From: Eledone cirrhosa
Lineage: Eukaryota
Length of the DNA stretch: 64,000 nt
Assembly: GCA_964016885.1 (NCBI GenBank)
Contig: OZ024757.1
Location: forward strand, 25,234,001 to 25,298,000
Reading direction: 5' to 3'
The notes under the pieces are model-generated. The model did no database searches, had not been told where the DNA came from, and saw only the letters and a program-made list of their open reading frames with translations. A program made the position numbers and the translations under genes. Below, one piece after another: positions 13,237 to 26,200 of this stretch (position 1 is the stretch's first letter; each line of letters starts with the position of its first letter).

Positions 13237-13372
13237 GGAAAAAGATTCTTGACCCCAACGGCTGAGCTCCAGCTGTTTTAACAGCTAGATCTGAACGCAC
13301 TCTACTACCTTAATTATTGAGTACTCTGGTGCGCTATGGTCCACCTGGTACCTTACTACACCTTCTTTGTTT
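13237..13372 (+). mobile_element. Family D short (TA)n-embedded element with inverted 5' piece
   Basis: 3' end TTGAGTACTCTGGTGCG(C/T)TATGGTCCACCTGG shared with 41026, 43449, 63222 and 63771. Confidence 0.75.
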
Positions 13373-13634
13373 TATATATATGTATATATATATATATATA
13401 TATATACACCGAACACAAAGGAACCAAACTCCCACTGTCACTGCCTCCGTCTTTCCTGCTCTCCCCATTCCTCACTATTATGAGCAAACGGGTGGGGTGG
13501 GGGTGCATGTGCTGGCCGCCCTGCAGCCCTGGGGGACAGAATAGAGAAGGCGTTTCCCCAGGGGATGGTGAGAGAGATGTGCTGGAAGAGCAGCCATTCC
13601 AGCATTTTAATTTAGAAATATGGCCACAAAAGGG

Positions 13635-13915
13635 TTAACCCTTTAGCATTTAAACTGGCTATATCTGGCCAAAATTCTCTCACCTCTTTCTGTTCAAACT
13701 GGCCATAACTGGCCACTCATACTGATGTTAAGGTATTGTTCTCATAATAAATAACATCAAAATCTCGTAGATTCGATATTATGTGAGGTTAAGCCTTTAC
13801 CATGAAAATATAATCTATATAAATATATATATATATAGATTATATTTTCATGGTAAGGCTTTACCTCACATAACATCGAATCTACAAGATTTTGATGTTA
13901 TTTATTATGAGAATA
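13635..13915 (-). mobile_element. piggyBac-type MITE (family F), rearranged into a palindrome
   Basis: TTAA-CCCTTTAGCATTTA terminus; 13739-13820 and 13833-13913 are inverted copies. Confidence 0.7.
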
Positions 13916-14247
13916 CCACAAACTTGCATACTGCGCAAGTAGGGTTGTTGATTTTAGATTCATAGAAACCTATCGGAGATATTGCTTAATATCGATCGTG
14001 ATGGTCCAGGTTTGTTATCAAGACCTGATTGGTTTTTTCGTTGCTTTGGTTTCAATGTGGCTGGGCTCACCTGTCGCAGTTTTCAATTTGTCAAGCTATC
14101 TAACGTATGTTATTACTCTAAGGTGACACAACCTTATTGAGTGCTTTGCTGCACATTCCTAATTGTATATCATTAGCTTGGCCACAGCCAAAACTTCGAT
14201 TTTACTAAACTTCCATTTGTATGTATATATATATATATATATATGTA

Positions 14248-14866
14248 CTTCTCTGTTACTGAGTACCGCCAAAGGTCTCGGTCCAGTGACAAGACAATGT
14301 CACTGGACCGAGACCTTTGGCGGTACTCAGTAACAGAGAAGACCCGCCTTACCTAAATACATAGTAAAACCTACTACAGCCAGTAGGCATCTCTAACAAA
14401 ATACCCCCCCCCCCCCGTCCCACCACCCCCACCCCATCCACACCACCCCGTTCTATGTAAAGTTATGTTGGTGCCACACCATCCAGGCCAAAACAAATGA
14501 GATCGTGTAGGTGTCACGACAAAAAAACACACAGTCCACGCTGTAAATGTGGCCGTGTAGGCAACACGGTAAAAATCTCCCAGCCCCACACTGTAAATGT
14601 GGTTGGTGTTAGGAAGGGCATCCAGCTGTAGAAAACACGCCAGACAGTCCACGCTGTAATGTGGCCGTGTAGGCAACACGGTAAAAACCTCCCAGACCCA
14701 CACTGTAAATGTGGTTGGTGTTAGGAAGGGCATCCAACTGTAGAAAACCCGCCAGACAGTCCTATGCGAGCAAGACAACCACTCTTGCCTCAAGTGGGAA
14801 AACCCCCGTCCAAACCCATGCAAGCGTGGAACACGGACGCTAAACCTGATGATGATGATGATGATG
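14248..14866 (+). mobile_element. RTE 3' fragment (family C) with 44-bp 5' fold-back
   Basis: TMSLDRDLWRYSVTEKTRL followed by UTR with an internal duplication and (GAT)n; perfect inverted repeat 14248-14291/14298-14341. Confidence 0.85.
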
Positions 14867-14897
<31 letters not shown>

Positions 14898-15215
14898 ATA
14901 TATGTATGTGTATATATATATATAGTGAATATCATTTCATACCTTTTATTGTTAAGATTTTTGATGTTCTATTAAGAGAACCGATTTTACTGAAAAAAAA
15001 TCGAATAATGTACACCATTTTACCAGGGGGAAAAAATACTGGTCCACCCACACATTCTCACACACACACACACACACACATATATACACACACACACACA
15101 CGCACTTCTCCGTATAAGACAAAAGCTGAAAAATATCTTTTGACATGCTAAAATACCCCCCATGGCTTACAGACACATTCTTACTGACCATCCCTGCTAC
15201 CACGAATTACTCTGC

Positions 15216-15248
<33 letters not shown>

Positions 15249-15366
15249 TTATCTTAATAGCCATTTAACACACATCCCTGCTAACCATTATCACAACATC
15301 GAACACCTTACTACTACTACTACACACACACACACACATATTTGTTGTGAAAGAGTCATTTCTCAA

Positions 15367-15611
15367 TCTTGGTGCAAAACCAATTTTTTATTCACATGAC
15401 CTCTACCGACCAATCAAAATTGTTTTGACCACAAGAATTTTTGCAAACACCAAGTAGTGCTGGAGCCACTTTTTTAACATAAAAACAGTCTTGGCGCAAA
15501 ATCAATTTTTTACATTCACATGACCTCTACCGACCAATCAAAATTGTTTTGACCACAATAATTTTTGCAACAACAAAGTAGCACTGGAGCCACTTTTTTA
15601 ACATAAAAACA
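15367..15611. repeat. Direct duplication of ~122 bp
   Basis: TCTTGG(T/C)GCAAAA..GGAGCCACTTTTTTAACATAAAAACAG twice. Confidence 0.9.
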
Positions 15612-15673
15612 GGTAGAATTCCCAAAACTAATCAGATCAGAGCAAACAGCACGGACACTCTGTCTCAAAATTA

Positions 15674-15710
15674 TTTTTGAAAAGCATTTAGAAATGCGCA
15701 ACCGGTAAAA
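15674..15710 (+). ncRNA. Hammerhead-like motif, U3-A8 core with GCAA, in element family H (~15633-15870)
   Basis: ttt-TTGAAAA-gcattt ag aaatgc-GCAA-ccgg-TA-aaa; second copy at 40858-40893. Confidence 0.5.
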
Positions 15711-15870
15711 ACTTAAAAACTTAAAACCACAACTGAATACTAACCCATACAATCACTAATACTCTTTTATTCCTAATTAAACCATTTTTCAACTGTGAAC
15801 AATTTGTCAGCATTTTCTATTCCGTTTACCAATATATAATAACTTGTGTGTTACACCTCTATTCTTTTAA

Positions 15871-16160
15871 CTATATATATATATATATATAAACGAAAAT
15901 GCCTGTCTGTCTGTCTTTATGCAGGCAATGTATTTCCACAGTTGTCATCCGATTTTGTTCAAATTTGATAAATAGGTTATTTAGCTCCTGGAGCATGTCA
16001 ACATATAGTTTGAATCTTTCTCTCCCCTATAATAGCAGAGTTCTGAGGCTATTTAAAGTCAGTCATGTTGAGGAGAGAGAGAAGGGGTCTTTATTTACAG
16101 AGGCGAAAGGTGTGCCTAGCAACGACAGGTGTGCCCAGCAACGACAGGCTCTTTTGCTAG
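15871..16160 (+). mobile_element. Non-autonomous Helitron-like element
   Basis: 5' CTATATATA..AAA..TGTCTGTCTGTCT; 3' degenerate GCCCAGCAACG..GGC hairpin (duplicated) then CTAG|T. Confidence 0.55.
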
Positions 16161-16569
16161 TAGTAAATATAGAGTATTGTAAAGGCTAAAGGGTTAAACA
16201 GAGTGACGCATATGTTAAAATACTTCCTAACTTTTGTTATGGAGTAAGGGTACAGACAATTGACATATCTGAAAAAAAAAATACTGAATACTTTATCATT
16301 AACTACTTTCATTATTGAATACTTTCATTCTTGAAATACTTGATGTATGTCTACTGATTCTATTCCATAACTTTATTCTTTGCACCCGGTCACTAAAGAA
16401 TACATAAAGACATCATATTTTCATGGTAAGAAAAAAAACAAAATAATAATAATATTTTTTTCAAACATCTTAAAGAATGTTTCTAAATGGTCTTCTGGAT
16501 GTGGAAGAAACACCTGCGGAAGACAGCTTCATAAGTATATAACGAGAAAAATAATTAAAACATTGCATA

Positions 16570-17155
16570 CACGCAGCAAGAAAGACTGTGTTTGTTGGTG
16601 TGTTACATGGCGAGAAAGACTGTTTGTGGGTGTGTTACACAGTGAGAAAATGTTTGTTTGTGGGTGGGTGTTACACAGCAAGAAAGACTATTTGTGGGTG
16701 TGTTACACGACAAAAAAGACTGTGTTTGTGGGTGTGTTACATAGTGAGAAAATGTGTGTTTGTGGGTGGGTGTGTGTTACACAGCAAGAAAGACTGTTTG
16801 TGGGTGTGTTACACGACAAAAAAGACTGTGTTTGTAGGTGTGTTACACAGTGAGAAAATGTTTGTTTGTGGGTGTGTGTTACACAGCAAGAAAAACTGTT
16901 TGTGGGTGTGTTACACGACAAAAAAAGACTGTGTTTGTGGGTGTGTTACACAGCAAGAAAGAATGTGTTTGTGGGTGTATTACACAGTGAGAAAGACTGT
17001 GTTTGTGGGTGTGTTACACAGTGAGAAAGACTGCTTTTGTGGGTGTGCTACACAGTGAGAAAGACTGCTTGTGGGTGTGTTACACAGCAAGAAAGACTCT
17101 GTTTGTGGCTGTGTTACACAGCAAGAAAGACTCTGTTTGTAGCTGTGTTACACAC
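16570..17155. repeat. ~34-bp minisatellite
   Basis: GTTTGTGGGTGTGTTACACAG(C/T)(A/G)AGAAAGACT units. Confidence 0.9.
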
Positions 17156-17174
17156 CAAAATTGATGTTACTCGA

Positions 17175-17500
17175 TAAAGTGCGTAGCTTGGAGATCAGAG
17201 TCACTCCAGGTAGAGCCACTACTTCTCCGAATTAAGAATTCACAGCTCCGATACCACGGACATGTGGTTAGAATGTCTCAGAAAGAAATCGGTGGATAGA
17301 TATTACGGGCAAAACCCACGGGAAAGAGACCCAGGCATAGACCCCGAACAAGATGGCTGGATAACATCCATGAGCTTGGCTGGTCATGCTTGGGGATCTA
17401 GCCACATCAGTTGGAGATGATTGCTTCTGATAGGAACTGCTGGAGTGTTTGAGGACTCTGCCTCCACGAACCTCTCAAGAATAAGTGGGTAAAGAAGATG
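17175..17500 (+). mobile_element. Decayed RTE LINE C-terminal fragment
   Basis: LQVEPLLLRIKNSQLRYHGHVVRMSQ..GKRPRHRPRTRWLDNI. Confidence 0.8.
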
Positions 17501-17509
17501 TTCCCCATG

Positions 17510-18245
17510 TTCATTATTTTCTATATTGAGAGAGAAAATATCTGTTTAAGAAACAGGTAGGAGACAGGTACCAGTAATGCATTGGGGTGGTTGATTTAAT
17601 CAACTTTTCCTATCTCTAAAAATTGTTGGCCTTGTGCCTAAATGAGAAACCATTATTTTCTATATTGAGCCTTACGATCGCGGCTTGGCAGAATTGGGAG
17701 AGTGTCAGACAGCATGCTTAGCAGCATAGAGTTATGGCCCTTTATGTTCTGAGTTCAAATCCTGTCGAGGTTAGCTTTACCTTTCATCCTTACAGGGTTG
17801 ATAAAATAAAGTACCAGTAATGCACTGGGGTTAATCTAATCAACTTTCCCTTTCTCCAAAAATTCTTGGCCTTGTGCCTAAATCAGGAACCATTATTTTC
17901 TATATTGAGAGAGAAAATATCCGTTTAAGAAACAGATAGGAGACAGGTACCAGTAACGCACTGAGGTTGATTTAATCAACTTTTCCTGTCTCTAAAAATT
18001 GTTGCCCTTGTGCCTAAATGAGAAACCATTATTTTCTATATTGAGCCTTAGGGCGGTGGGTTGGCAATATCGGTAGAGGGTTGGACGCTATGCTTCGCAG
18101 CATAGAGTTACGGCCCTTTATGATCTGAGTTCAAATTCCGCTGAGGTTAACTTTGCCTTTCATCCTTACTGGGGTCGATAAAATAAAGTACCAGTAATGC
18201 ACTGCAGTAATTGCTGGCCTTGTGCCAAAAGAAGAAATAATTATT
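17510..18245 (+). repeat. Tandem ~380-bp duplication containing SINE A copies
   Basis: ATTATTTTCTATATTGAGAGAGAAAATATC..GGAGACAGGTACCAG at 17513 and 17892; a third start resumes at 18750 after the RTE insertion. Confidence 0.8.
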
Positions 18246-18711
18246 TTCTCCCTGCGTACGAAAGGCCGGTTGTATGATGCCTGTGTGAGGAGCGCGATGC
18301 TGCATGGTAGTGAGACATGGGCAGCAACTGCAGAGGATATGCGACAGCTGGAGAGAAATGAGGCAAGCATGCTCCGTTGGATGTGCAGTGTCAATGTGCG
18401 TGAATGACCCAGCATGGATGTGTTGAGAGAGAAACTGTGTCTGAGAGGGATAGAATGTAGTGTACGGGAGAGGAGACTGAGGCGGTATGGACATGTGATG
18501 CGCATGGAGGATGACCGATGGATGAAGAAGTGCCAGGAAATGCCAGTTGAAGGAAGACGTGGTAGAGGTAGACCACGAAAAACATGGGCGGAGGTGGTGA
18601 GAACAGACCTCAGATCGCTGAAGCTCACGGTGGAGATGACGAAGGACCGTGACGAGTGGAGAGATACTGTGCTGAATAAGAGCTGAATAAGCAGGGAAAA
18701 GCGGACGTAAA

Positions 18712-18750
<39 letters not shown>
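18246..18750 (+). mobile_element. 5'-truncated RTE LINE, near-identical to 12233-12771
   Basis: KGRLYDACVRSAMLHGSETW..LRRYGHVMRM..GRPRKTW; (GAT)n tail. Confidence 0.92.
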
Positions 18751-18751
<1 letters not shown>

Positions 18752-18924
18752 GAGAGAGAAATATCTGTTTAAGAAACAGGTAGGAGACATAAATAATTTA
18801 GAACTGATTTAAAGTAAACACCAGAGATATACTGTCTCATGGGGATAATGGGTTTCTTTTGTTGAGAATTCTTTATTAATGCTGTTTGCATACTCTGTGG
18901 TTTTAATCACAGGTATTGGAAGTA

Positions 18925-19262
18925 TATCATCACCATCATCATCATCATCATCACCATCATTACTGTCACCATCTTCATTATCCTCATTGACACCTACATC
19001 ATCACATACATCATCATCATCATCATCGTCACCATCACCACCACCGTCATCACCACCACCATCGTCATCATCACCACCACCGCCATCACCACCAACATCT
19101 TCATCATCGTCACCGCCACCATCATCATCACCAACATCGTCATCATCACCATCAACATCGCCACCAACATCAACATCATCATCACCACCATCATCAACAC
19201 CACCACCTACATCATCGCCAACATCATCATCATCATCGTCACCACCATCATCATCACCATCG
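18925..19262. repeat. (CAT/CAC)n degenerate triplet repeat
   Basis: Direct reading. Confidence 0.9.
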
Positions 19263-19284
19263 TGGATATATACACAAGTATTAT

Positions 19285-19520
19285 CATCATCATCATCATC
19301 ATCAACTTTCCATGCTAGCATGGGTTAGGCGGGTTTGTCCCCATAAGTTGGGTCAGGTGACCGTGTCTTGCTCATATAGGACCACTTGTGGCTGGTTTAC
19401 TACGGCTGGGTGCCCTTACTAACAACAACCACATTGACAGTGTATGCTGGGTGCTTTTTGCTGTGACCCCCTACACAACCACTTTACAGAGTGGGCTGGA
19501 TGTTTTGTGGTACCAACATA
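19285..19520 (-). mobile_element. Family C RTE tail, diverged
   Basis: (CAT)n + TTCCATGCTAGCATGGGTTAG... Confidence 0.7.
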
Positions 19521-19562
<42 letters not shown>

Positions 19563-19569
<7 letters not shown>

Positions 19570-19762
19570 GTTATATTTAATTTGTTGGGATTCAACAAGC
19601 TTAAAAATTGTTATAACTGATATAAAGCACTCAACAGCTTAGTGGAGTAAATATTCAATATATTAATAAATGGAAACTATATTTATAAAACCATAATTAT
19701 TTTATTATATATATTTCAAGGGCCACCAAGGCAAATTATATTTGTTGGGATTCAGGGGTTAT
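19563..19762 (-). mobile_element. Family G short (TA)n-embedded element
   Basis: Minus strand has GAAATATATATAATAAAAT and TGTTGAGTGCT..CCAACAAATTAAATATAAC; 3' part recurs at 58383-58453 (+). Confidence 0.6.
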
Positions 19763-19777
19763 ATATATATATGTGTG

Positions 19778-19809
<32 letters not shown>

Positions 19810-19949
19810 GAAGGAATTGGTAGTTTATACTAATTGGTAGGATATACCTGGAGTCATGGAGCAGCCAGCTCGTGGGCTCCTGTTTGTTTATAATAGTGAG
19901 AGGGGGGGGGGGGCAGTGGGAGAGATAGTGAGAGAGGGGGGGGCAGTGG

Positions 19950-19972
19950 GAGAGAGAGACACCACAAGGGCA

Positions 19973-20004
<32 letters not shown>

Positions 20005-20126
20005 AGGGCAGTGAGAGAGAGAGACACACACAAGGGCGGTGAGAGAGAGAAAGACACACACAAGGGCGGTGAGAGAGAGAGAGACACCACAAGGGCAGTG
20101 AGAGAGAGAGAGACACCACAAGGGCA

Positions 20127-20158
<32 letters not shown>

Positions 20159-20223
20159 AGGGCAGTGAGAGAGAGAAAGACACACACAAGGGCGGTGAGA
20201 GAGAGAGAGACACCACAAGGGCA

Positions 20224-20255
<32 letters not shown>

Positions 20256-20318
20256 AGGGCAGTGAGAGAGAGAGACACACACAAGGGCGGTGAGAGAGAG
20301 AGCGACACCACAAGGGCA

Positions 20319-20350
<32 letters not shown>

Positions 20351-20930
20351 AGGGCAGTGAGAGAGAGAGACACACACAAGGGCGGTGAGAGAGAGAGAGA
20401 CACCACAAGGGCAGTGAGAGAGAGAGAGACACACACAAGGGCAGTGAGAGAGAGAGAGACACCACAAGGGCAGTGAGAGAGAGAGAGACACCACAAGGGC
20501 AGTGAGAGAGAGAGAGACACACACAAGGGCAGTGAGAGAGAGAGAGACACCACAAGGGCAGTGAGAGAGAGAGAGACACCACAAGGGCAGTGAGAGAGAG
20601 AGAGACACCACAAGGGCAGTGAGAGAGAGACACACACACAAGGGCGGTGAGAGAGAGAGAGACACCACAAGGGCAGTGAGAGAGAGAGAGACACACACAA
20701 GGGCAGTGAGAGAGAGAGACACACACAAGGGCGGTGAGAGAGAGAGAGACACCACAAGGGCAGTGAGAGAGAGAGAGACACACACACAAGGGCAGTGAGA
20801 GAGAGAGACACACACAAGGGCAGTGAGAGAGAGGGGGGAGACACACACAAGGGCAGAGAGAGAGAGAGACACACACACACAAGGGCAGTGAGAGAGAGGG
20901 GGGAGACACACACAAGGGCAGAGAGAGAGA
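19950..20930. repeat. ~30-bp minisatellite CAAGGGC(A/G)GTG(AG)nACAC
   Basis: About 30 tandem units. Confidence 0.95.
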
Positions 20931-21099
20931 TCAACAGTTTATATAATTGTTTAACAATTCCACCAAACTATTGTGCACTGCTGTGCACTGCTGTAAACCA
21001 ACATCGGGTGTTGTAGTCATGGCAAACTAAATGCATTTTTTTACAAAAAAAAGGGGAGGGGGAGAAGGTTGTTTCCTTTGCCTTGAAAACCTTATTTAT

Positions 21100-22240
21100 T
21101 TTCTCTCCCTCTCTTTCTTACCCCCGCTATCTCTATCTCTCTTTATCATCCTCTCTTCCTATCTCTCTCTCCCTCCTCCCTATCTCTCTTTCTCACCCTC
21201 TCTTCCTATCTCGCCCACCCTCTCTCCATAACTCTCTCTCTACCTCCCTATCTCTCTTTCTCACCCTCTCTTCCTATCTCTCCCACCCTCTCTCTCACCC
21301 TTCCTATCTCTCTCTTCCTCCCTTCCTATCTCTCCCACCCTCTCTCCATAACTCTCTCTCACCCTTCCTATCTCTCTCTTCCCCCCCGTTCCTATCTCTC
21401 CCACCCTCTCTCCATAATTCTCTCTCACCCTTCCTATCTCTCTCTTCCTCCCGTTCCTATCTCTCCCACCCTCTCTCCATAACTCTCTCTCTCTCACCCT
21501 TCCTATCTCTCTCTTCCTCCCGTTCCTATCTCTCCCACCCTCTCTCCATAACTCTCTCTCTCACTCTTCCTACCTCTCTCCTTCCCTCTATTCCTATCTC
21601 TCTCTCACACACCCTCCCTTCCTACCTCTCTCTCTTTGTACCTCCCACCCTCTCTATCTCTCTTCCTCCCTCCCTATATTTCTCTCCTCTCTTACTATCC
21701 CTCTCTTTACCTCCCCATCTCTCCTTCTCTCTCTCTACCTCCCACTACCTCCACACTCAACTCTCTCCCTCCCAGTCTTCTACACTCTGTCAACTCATGT
21801 AAGGTGACAAGAGAGGGTTAACAAGTGACAGAGGTGACAAACAGTGGTTAACAGAGAGGTTATTTTAGAATATAGTGAAAAGGGGAGAGGGGGTTATAGA
21901 GGAGGGAGGGTGGGGACATAGAGAGAGCAGGGAGGGAGGAGGAGGGGACAGAGAGAGAAGGGAGGGAGGAGGGCGGGACATAGAGATAGGAGGGAGGGGA
22001 CATAGAGAGGAGGGAGGGAGGAGGGCGGGGACATAGAGAGGGGAGGAGGGTGGGGCATAGAGGGAGGAGGGCGTGGACATAGAGAGAGGAGGGAGGGAGG
22101 AGGGGTCAGAGAGGGAGGAGGGAGGGGACATAGAGGAGGGAGAGGACATAGAGGAAGGAGGGGGACAGAGAGAGAAGGGAGGGAGGAGGGGACATAGAGG
22201 AGGGAGGGGAGAGGGGGCATAGAGAAAGGAGGGAGTAGTG
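21100..22240. repeat. Polypyrimidine tract (21100-21775) facing a polypurine tract (21880-22240)
   Basis: CT-rich then GA-rich low complexity. Confidence 0.9.
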
Positions 22241-22391
22241 AGAGTAATTAAAACCTAATTAGGGTTCAGGAATATAACAACAACAACAACAACTGCATCA
22301 GTAATGGGAGTAGAAACATTTACATCATCAACTAACACAGACCTGCTAAAAATAGCAGCTAAATCTCCCTCAAATCCCACCCTTCTGTTCC

Positions 22392-22620
22392 TTAACCCTT
22401 TACAATTTACATTACTCTATATTTACTATTGTATTTTCACAGTAAAGGCTTTACCTCACATAATTATCTCACATAATATCAAATCTATGAGATTTTGATA
22501 TTATTTATTTTGAGAACAATACCTTAACATAAGTATGAGCAGCCTGTTTTGGCTGGTTTGAACAGAAAGAGGTGAGAGAATTCTGGCTGGATATGGTCAG
22601 TTTAAATGCTAAAGGTTTAA
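22392..22620 (+). mobile_element. piggyBac-type MITE (family F), complete ~225 bp
   Basis: TTAA-CCCTTTACAATTTA ... TAAATGCTAAAGGT-TTAA; TTAA on both sides and imperfect TIRs. Confidence 0.75.
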
Positions 22621-23000
22621 CTCCATTCCACTAACACAGAGCCTCTGTACATGGCCGTTCGACCTGGCCTGCTAAAAATAGCAGCCAATTCTCCCTCAAA
22701 TTTTATCCTTCTGTTCCTTAACCCCATTCAACTAACACACAGCCTCTCTATATAGCCACTGAGCTACTAAATATAGCAGCCAAATCTCCCTCAAATTTTA
22801 TCCTTCTGTTCCTTAACCCCATTCAACTAACACACAGCCTCTCTATAAAGCCACTGAGCTGCTAAAAATAGCAGCCAAATCTGCCTCAAATTTTATCCTT
22901 CTGTTCCTTAACCTCATTCAACTAACACATAGCTTCTCTATATAGCCACTGAGCTGGTGAAAATAGCAGCCAAATCTCCCTCAAATCCCACCCTACTATC
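22621..23000. repeat. ~95-bp tandem repeat, ~4 copies
   Basis: AAAATAGCAGCCAAATCTCCCTCAAAT..CTTCTGTTCCTTAACCCCATTCAACTAACAC. Confidence 0.85.
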
Positions 23001-23068
23001 CCATTTCTTAAGCACACATTCTTTTGAAGCCAATAATATATTTATGTTCTTGACCAAGTTTGCCAGTA

Positions 23069-23146
<78 letters not shown>

Positions 23147-23186
23147 TATTTACTCATATATATATGTATATTTATATATGTTTATG

Positions 23187-23218
<32 letters not shown>

Positions 23219-23290
23219 TTTACTCATATATATATGTATATTTATATATGTTTATGTATATATATATATATATGTATATATATATTATAC

Positions 23291-23331
<41 letters not shown>

Positions 23332-23337
23332 TATATG

Positions 23338-23396
<59 letters not shown>

Positions 23397-23832
23397 GTAT
23401 GTATATATATATGTGTGTGTGTGTGTATGTCCCGTGTATGTATATATATATAATATTAGAGTTAATCACCGACACTTCAGTATAATATAAATATATATGT
23501 ATGTGCATATATGAATGTATGTAAATATGTGTGTTTATGTGTATATGTATATATATATATGTGTGTATATATAGATATATCTGTGTGTTTCTCTATGATA
23601 GTATATGAGACTGTATCATCATCATCATCATTACCTTCACCATTACCACCACCACCACCACCACATTAATGTTGCTAGCAGTGCGAGGGGGGGGGGCAGT
23701 AGTGGGTAGTGGCTTCATGCTGGCATCAATTGAACAGATGTGAATCTTCTAATCCCTCTTCCCCTTCACCCCGTGTGTGTCTATGAATATTCCAACCTGT
23801 GTCTTCAATTATTAGCTAACAATGTATGTAAG

Positions 23833-23867
<35 letters not shown>

Positions 23868-23871
<4 letters not shown>

Positions 23872-24230
23872 TGGCTGCCAACTCGTTTTCGAGTACGGCC
23901 ACTACTTTATATCCATGTAGGAGAACTCCTACCGATGCGTTGAAAGAGTGTGACTTTTTAGTCCAGCCAGCGACTTGAAAACTCTGGTACAAACACTACA
24001 CTTGTGACAATTATTGACACATAGTGTTGGGCCCATGGTACCATGTGACAACAAGTGCAGAGAGATCTCCAGATACAAACAATGCCTGTGCCGTGAAGCT
24101 TTTATAGTGAGCAAAGGCACTGCACAAAGCCAGTCCCACTCTCTTAACCAAGATGATATTTACCAAAAAGAAGAACAAGTCAACATCATTGGATACCATC
24201 AGGGTTGCAGGTGCTATATCAGAGTTTTCC
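23868..24230 (-). mobile_element. Decayed RTE 3' end with C2H2 finger
   Basis: HKCSVCTRVFKSLAGLKSH; 3' hairpin GCCGTACTCGAAAACGAG..GGCAGCCA shared with 45018-45050. Confidence 0.65.
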
Positions 24231-24473
24231 TTCTCCTAGAATTCTGCCTTGACAAAGGCTAAGGGGTCATCTCTTCCGGTGATTTTGGATGGCCATTGAC
24301 TCTTAAGAGCTCTTTGCCCTTTGATAGGTTTTGTTTTTAGTCCTGCAGGATGTCCAAAGTCACCCTCCTCACCAAGAAACCTTGGTGGGGTTGCTAGTTT
24401 ACTCGCCAACGACCATGAGACAGGTTGTACTGGGATACATGTTACCAGTAGCACCAACTGGTGACCTGACATG

Positions 24474-24509
<36 letters not shown>

Positions 24510-24620
24510 TACAGTTCTGTATGAGCAAGACATAGTCACCTGATTTGCCTTAATTGGGACAACTCATCTAACCCATGCAAGCATGGGTTATGATGATGAT
24601 GATACATATATATATATATA

Positions 24621-24702
<82 letters not shown>

Positions 24703-24767
24703 TCTCGAAGACATTTTTTCCAATTCCATCCCGCCCGTCTCCTCAATCTATCTTATTTCCTATTCTT

Positions 24768-24803
24768 TCTTCTAATGAAGGACTAGCGTCCGAAACGTTA
24801 AGA
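24768..24803 (+). ncRNA. Minimal type I hammerhead motif (G5A)
   Basis: tctt-CTAATGA-a-ggac tagc gtcc-GAAA-cg-TT-aaga in a ~190-bp island between (TA)n tracts. Confidence 0.7.
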
Positions 24804-25031
24804 CCCTCTTCCTGCTATATCAAGCATTAACCTAATATATCCCTTCCATATACTGTACCGATTGTGTTGTTATTTCTGTTTACCTTTTACATACATATAT
24901 ATATATATAACTGATATAAAAGATACAGAAGCGAAAACCAACCAAACAGTGAGTGTGTTCTGTTATTAATTCTGGCAATATTATTACAACAATGTGACCC
25001 TCCCCAATTATAACAATATATATATATATAT

Positions 25032-26200
25032 CTAGGGCGGGTAAAATTCCCGAGATCCATGGACGAGTTCTCTCCAGCGGTCTCTGTCCCTCATTATCGC
25101 TGCCATATCCTGCGTCTCCAACAGACGAGTGTCTGTCCTTAGGGCATCAACATTCGTTAACCTTGTGTACATCCTGATGCTGAGGAGGATATTAGAGGGA
25201 GCTAGAGCAAAGTGCCTTCCTGCGGTCATGGTTTTCATTGACTTTAGGAAGGCCTTTGATTCTGTGGAACATCACTGCCTAATGAAGATCTTACAGGCTT
25301 ATGGAATCCCCAAGAAGATAGTGGACCTGATATCACTGCTCTACACCAACACCAAAGCCCAAGTCATTACACCTGATGGGATGACAGAGTTTTTTGAGAT
25401 ACTGGCAGGAGTGCTCCAGGGAGATACATTGGCTCCCTACCTTTTTATTATCATAATAGACTATTGTATGCGCCTTGCACTGGAGAAACACCAGGACTCT
25501 GGCTTTACTGTAGCACCGGCTCAGAGCAGGAGAGTTAAGGCGAAAAAGATATCGGATGCTGAATTTGCCGACGACATAGTTTTGGTGACAAATACAGTGA
25601 AGGAGGCAGAGGATTTGATGCTGGAGGTTGAGACTGTGTTGATGAGTGGTGGGGCTGAGAATGAATGAGACTAAAACAAAATATCTGGTAGAGAATGTTG
25701 AGAAGCCAGAGGGGATCACTAATGTAGGCGGCAAGCCGCTAGAATTGGTTGAGGACTTCCTGTATTTGGGAGCAAAGATTGGGAATACGGAAGATGATGT
25801 GGTTGAGAGGAAGAGCAAAGCCTGGGCAGCGTGCCACAGCTTGAGATCGGTGTGGAAGTCGGACCTTCGTAAAGACCTGATAATCCGCCTCTTCATTGCT
25901 GTAGTGGAGTCTGTGCTGCTGTACGGGTCTGAGGCTTGGACACTGACCAAGAAACTCACTCAGATGGTGGATGAGTGCTACACGAGAATGCTGAGGATGG
26001 CTCTGAACATTAATCAGTATACACTGTGGATGAAAAACTCAGAGCTGTATGGGAGCATCCCAAAAGTCAGCTCAAAAGTGACACAGAGGAGACTGAGGTT
26101 AGCTGGACATGCTCACCAACATCCAGAGTTGACATTGCACTCAGTGCTCCTGTGGGAGCCCCTACATGGACACACTGGAAGAGGAAGAGCAAGGTTAACA
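25032..26200. mobile_element. RTE-clade LINE fragment with internal inversion: RT on + (25170-26200), extreme C-terminus on - (25032-25165)
   Basis: FIDFRKAFDSV, GVLQGDTLAPYLF, FADD, LLYGSEAW, LRLAGH; one frameshift near 25650; minus piece ends DRDRWRELV..stop then (TA)n. Confidence 0.92.
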
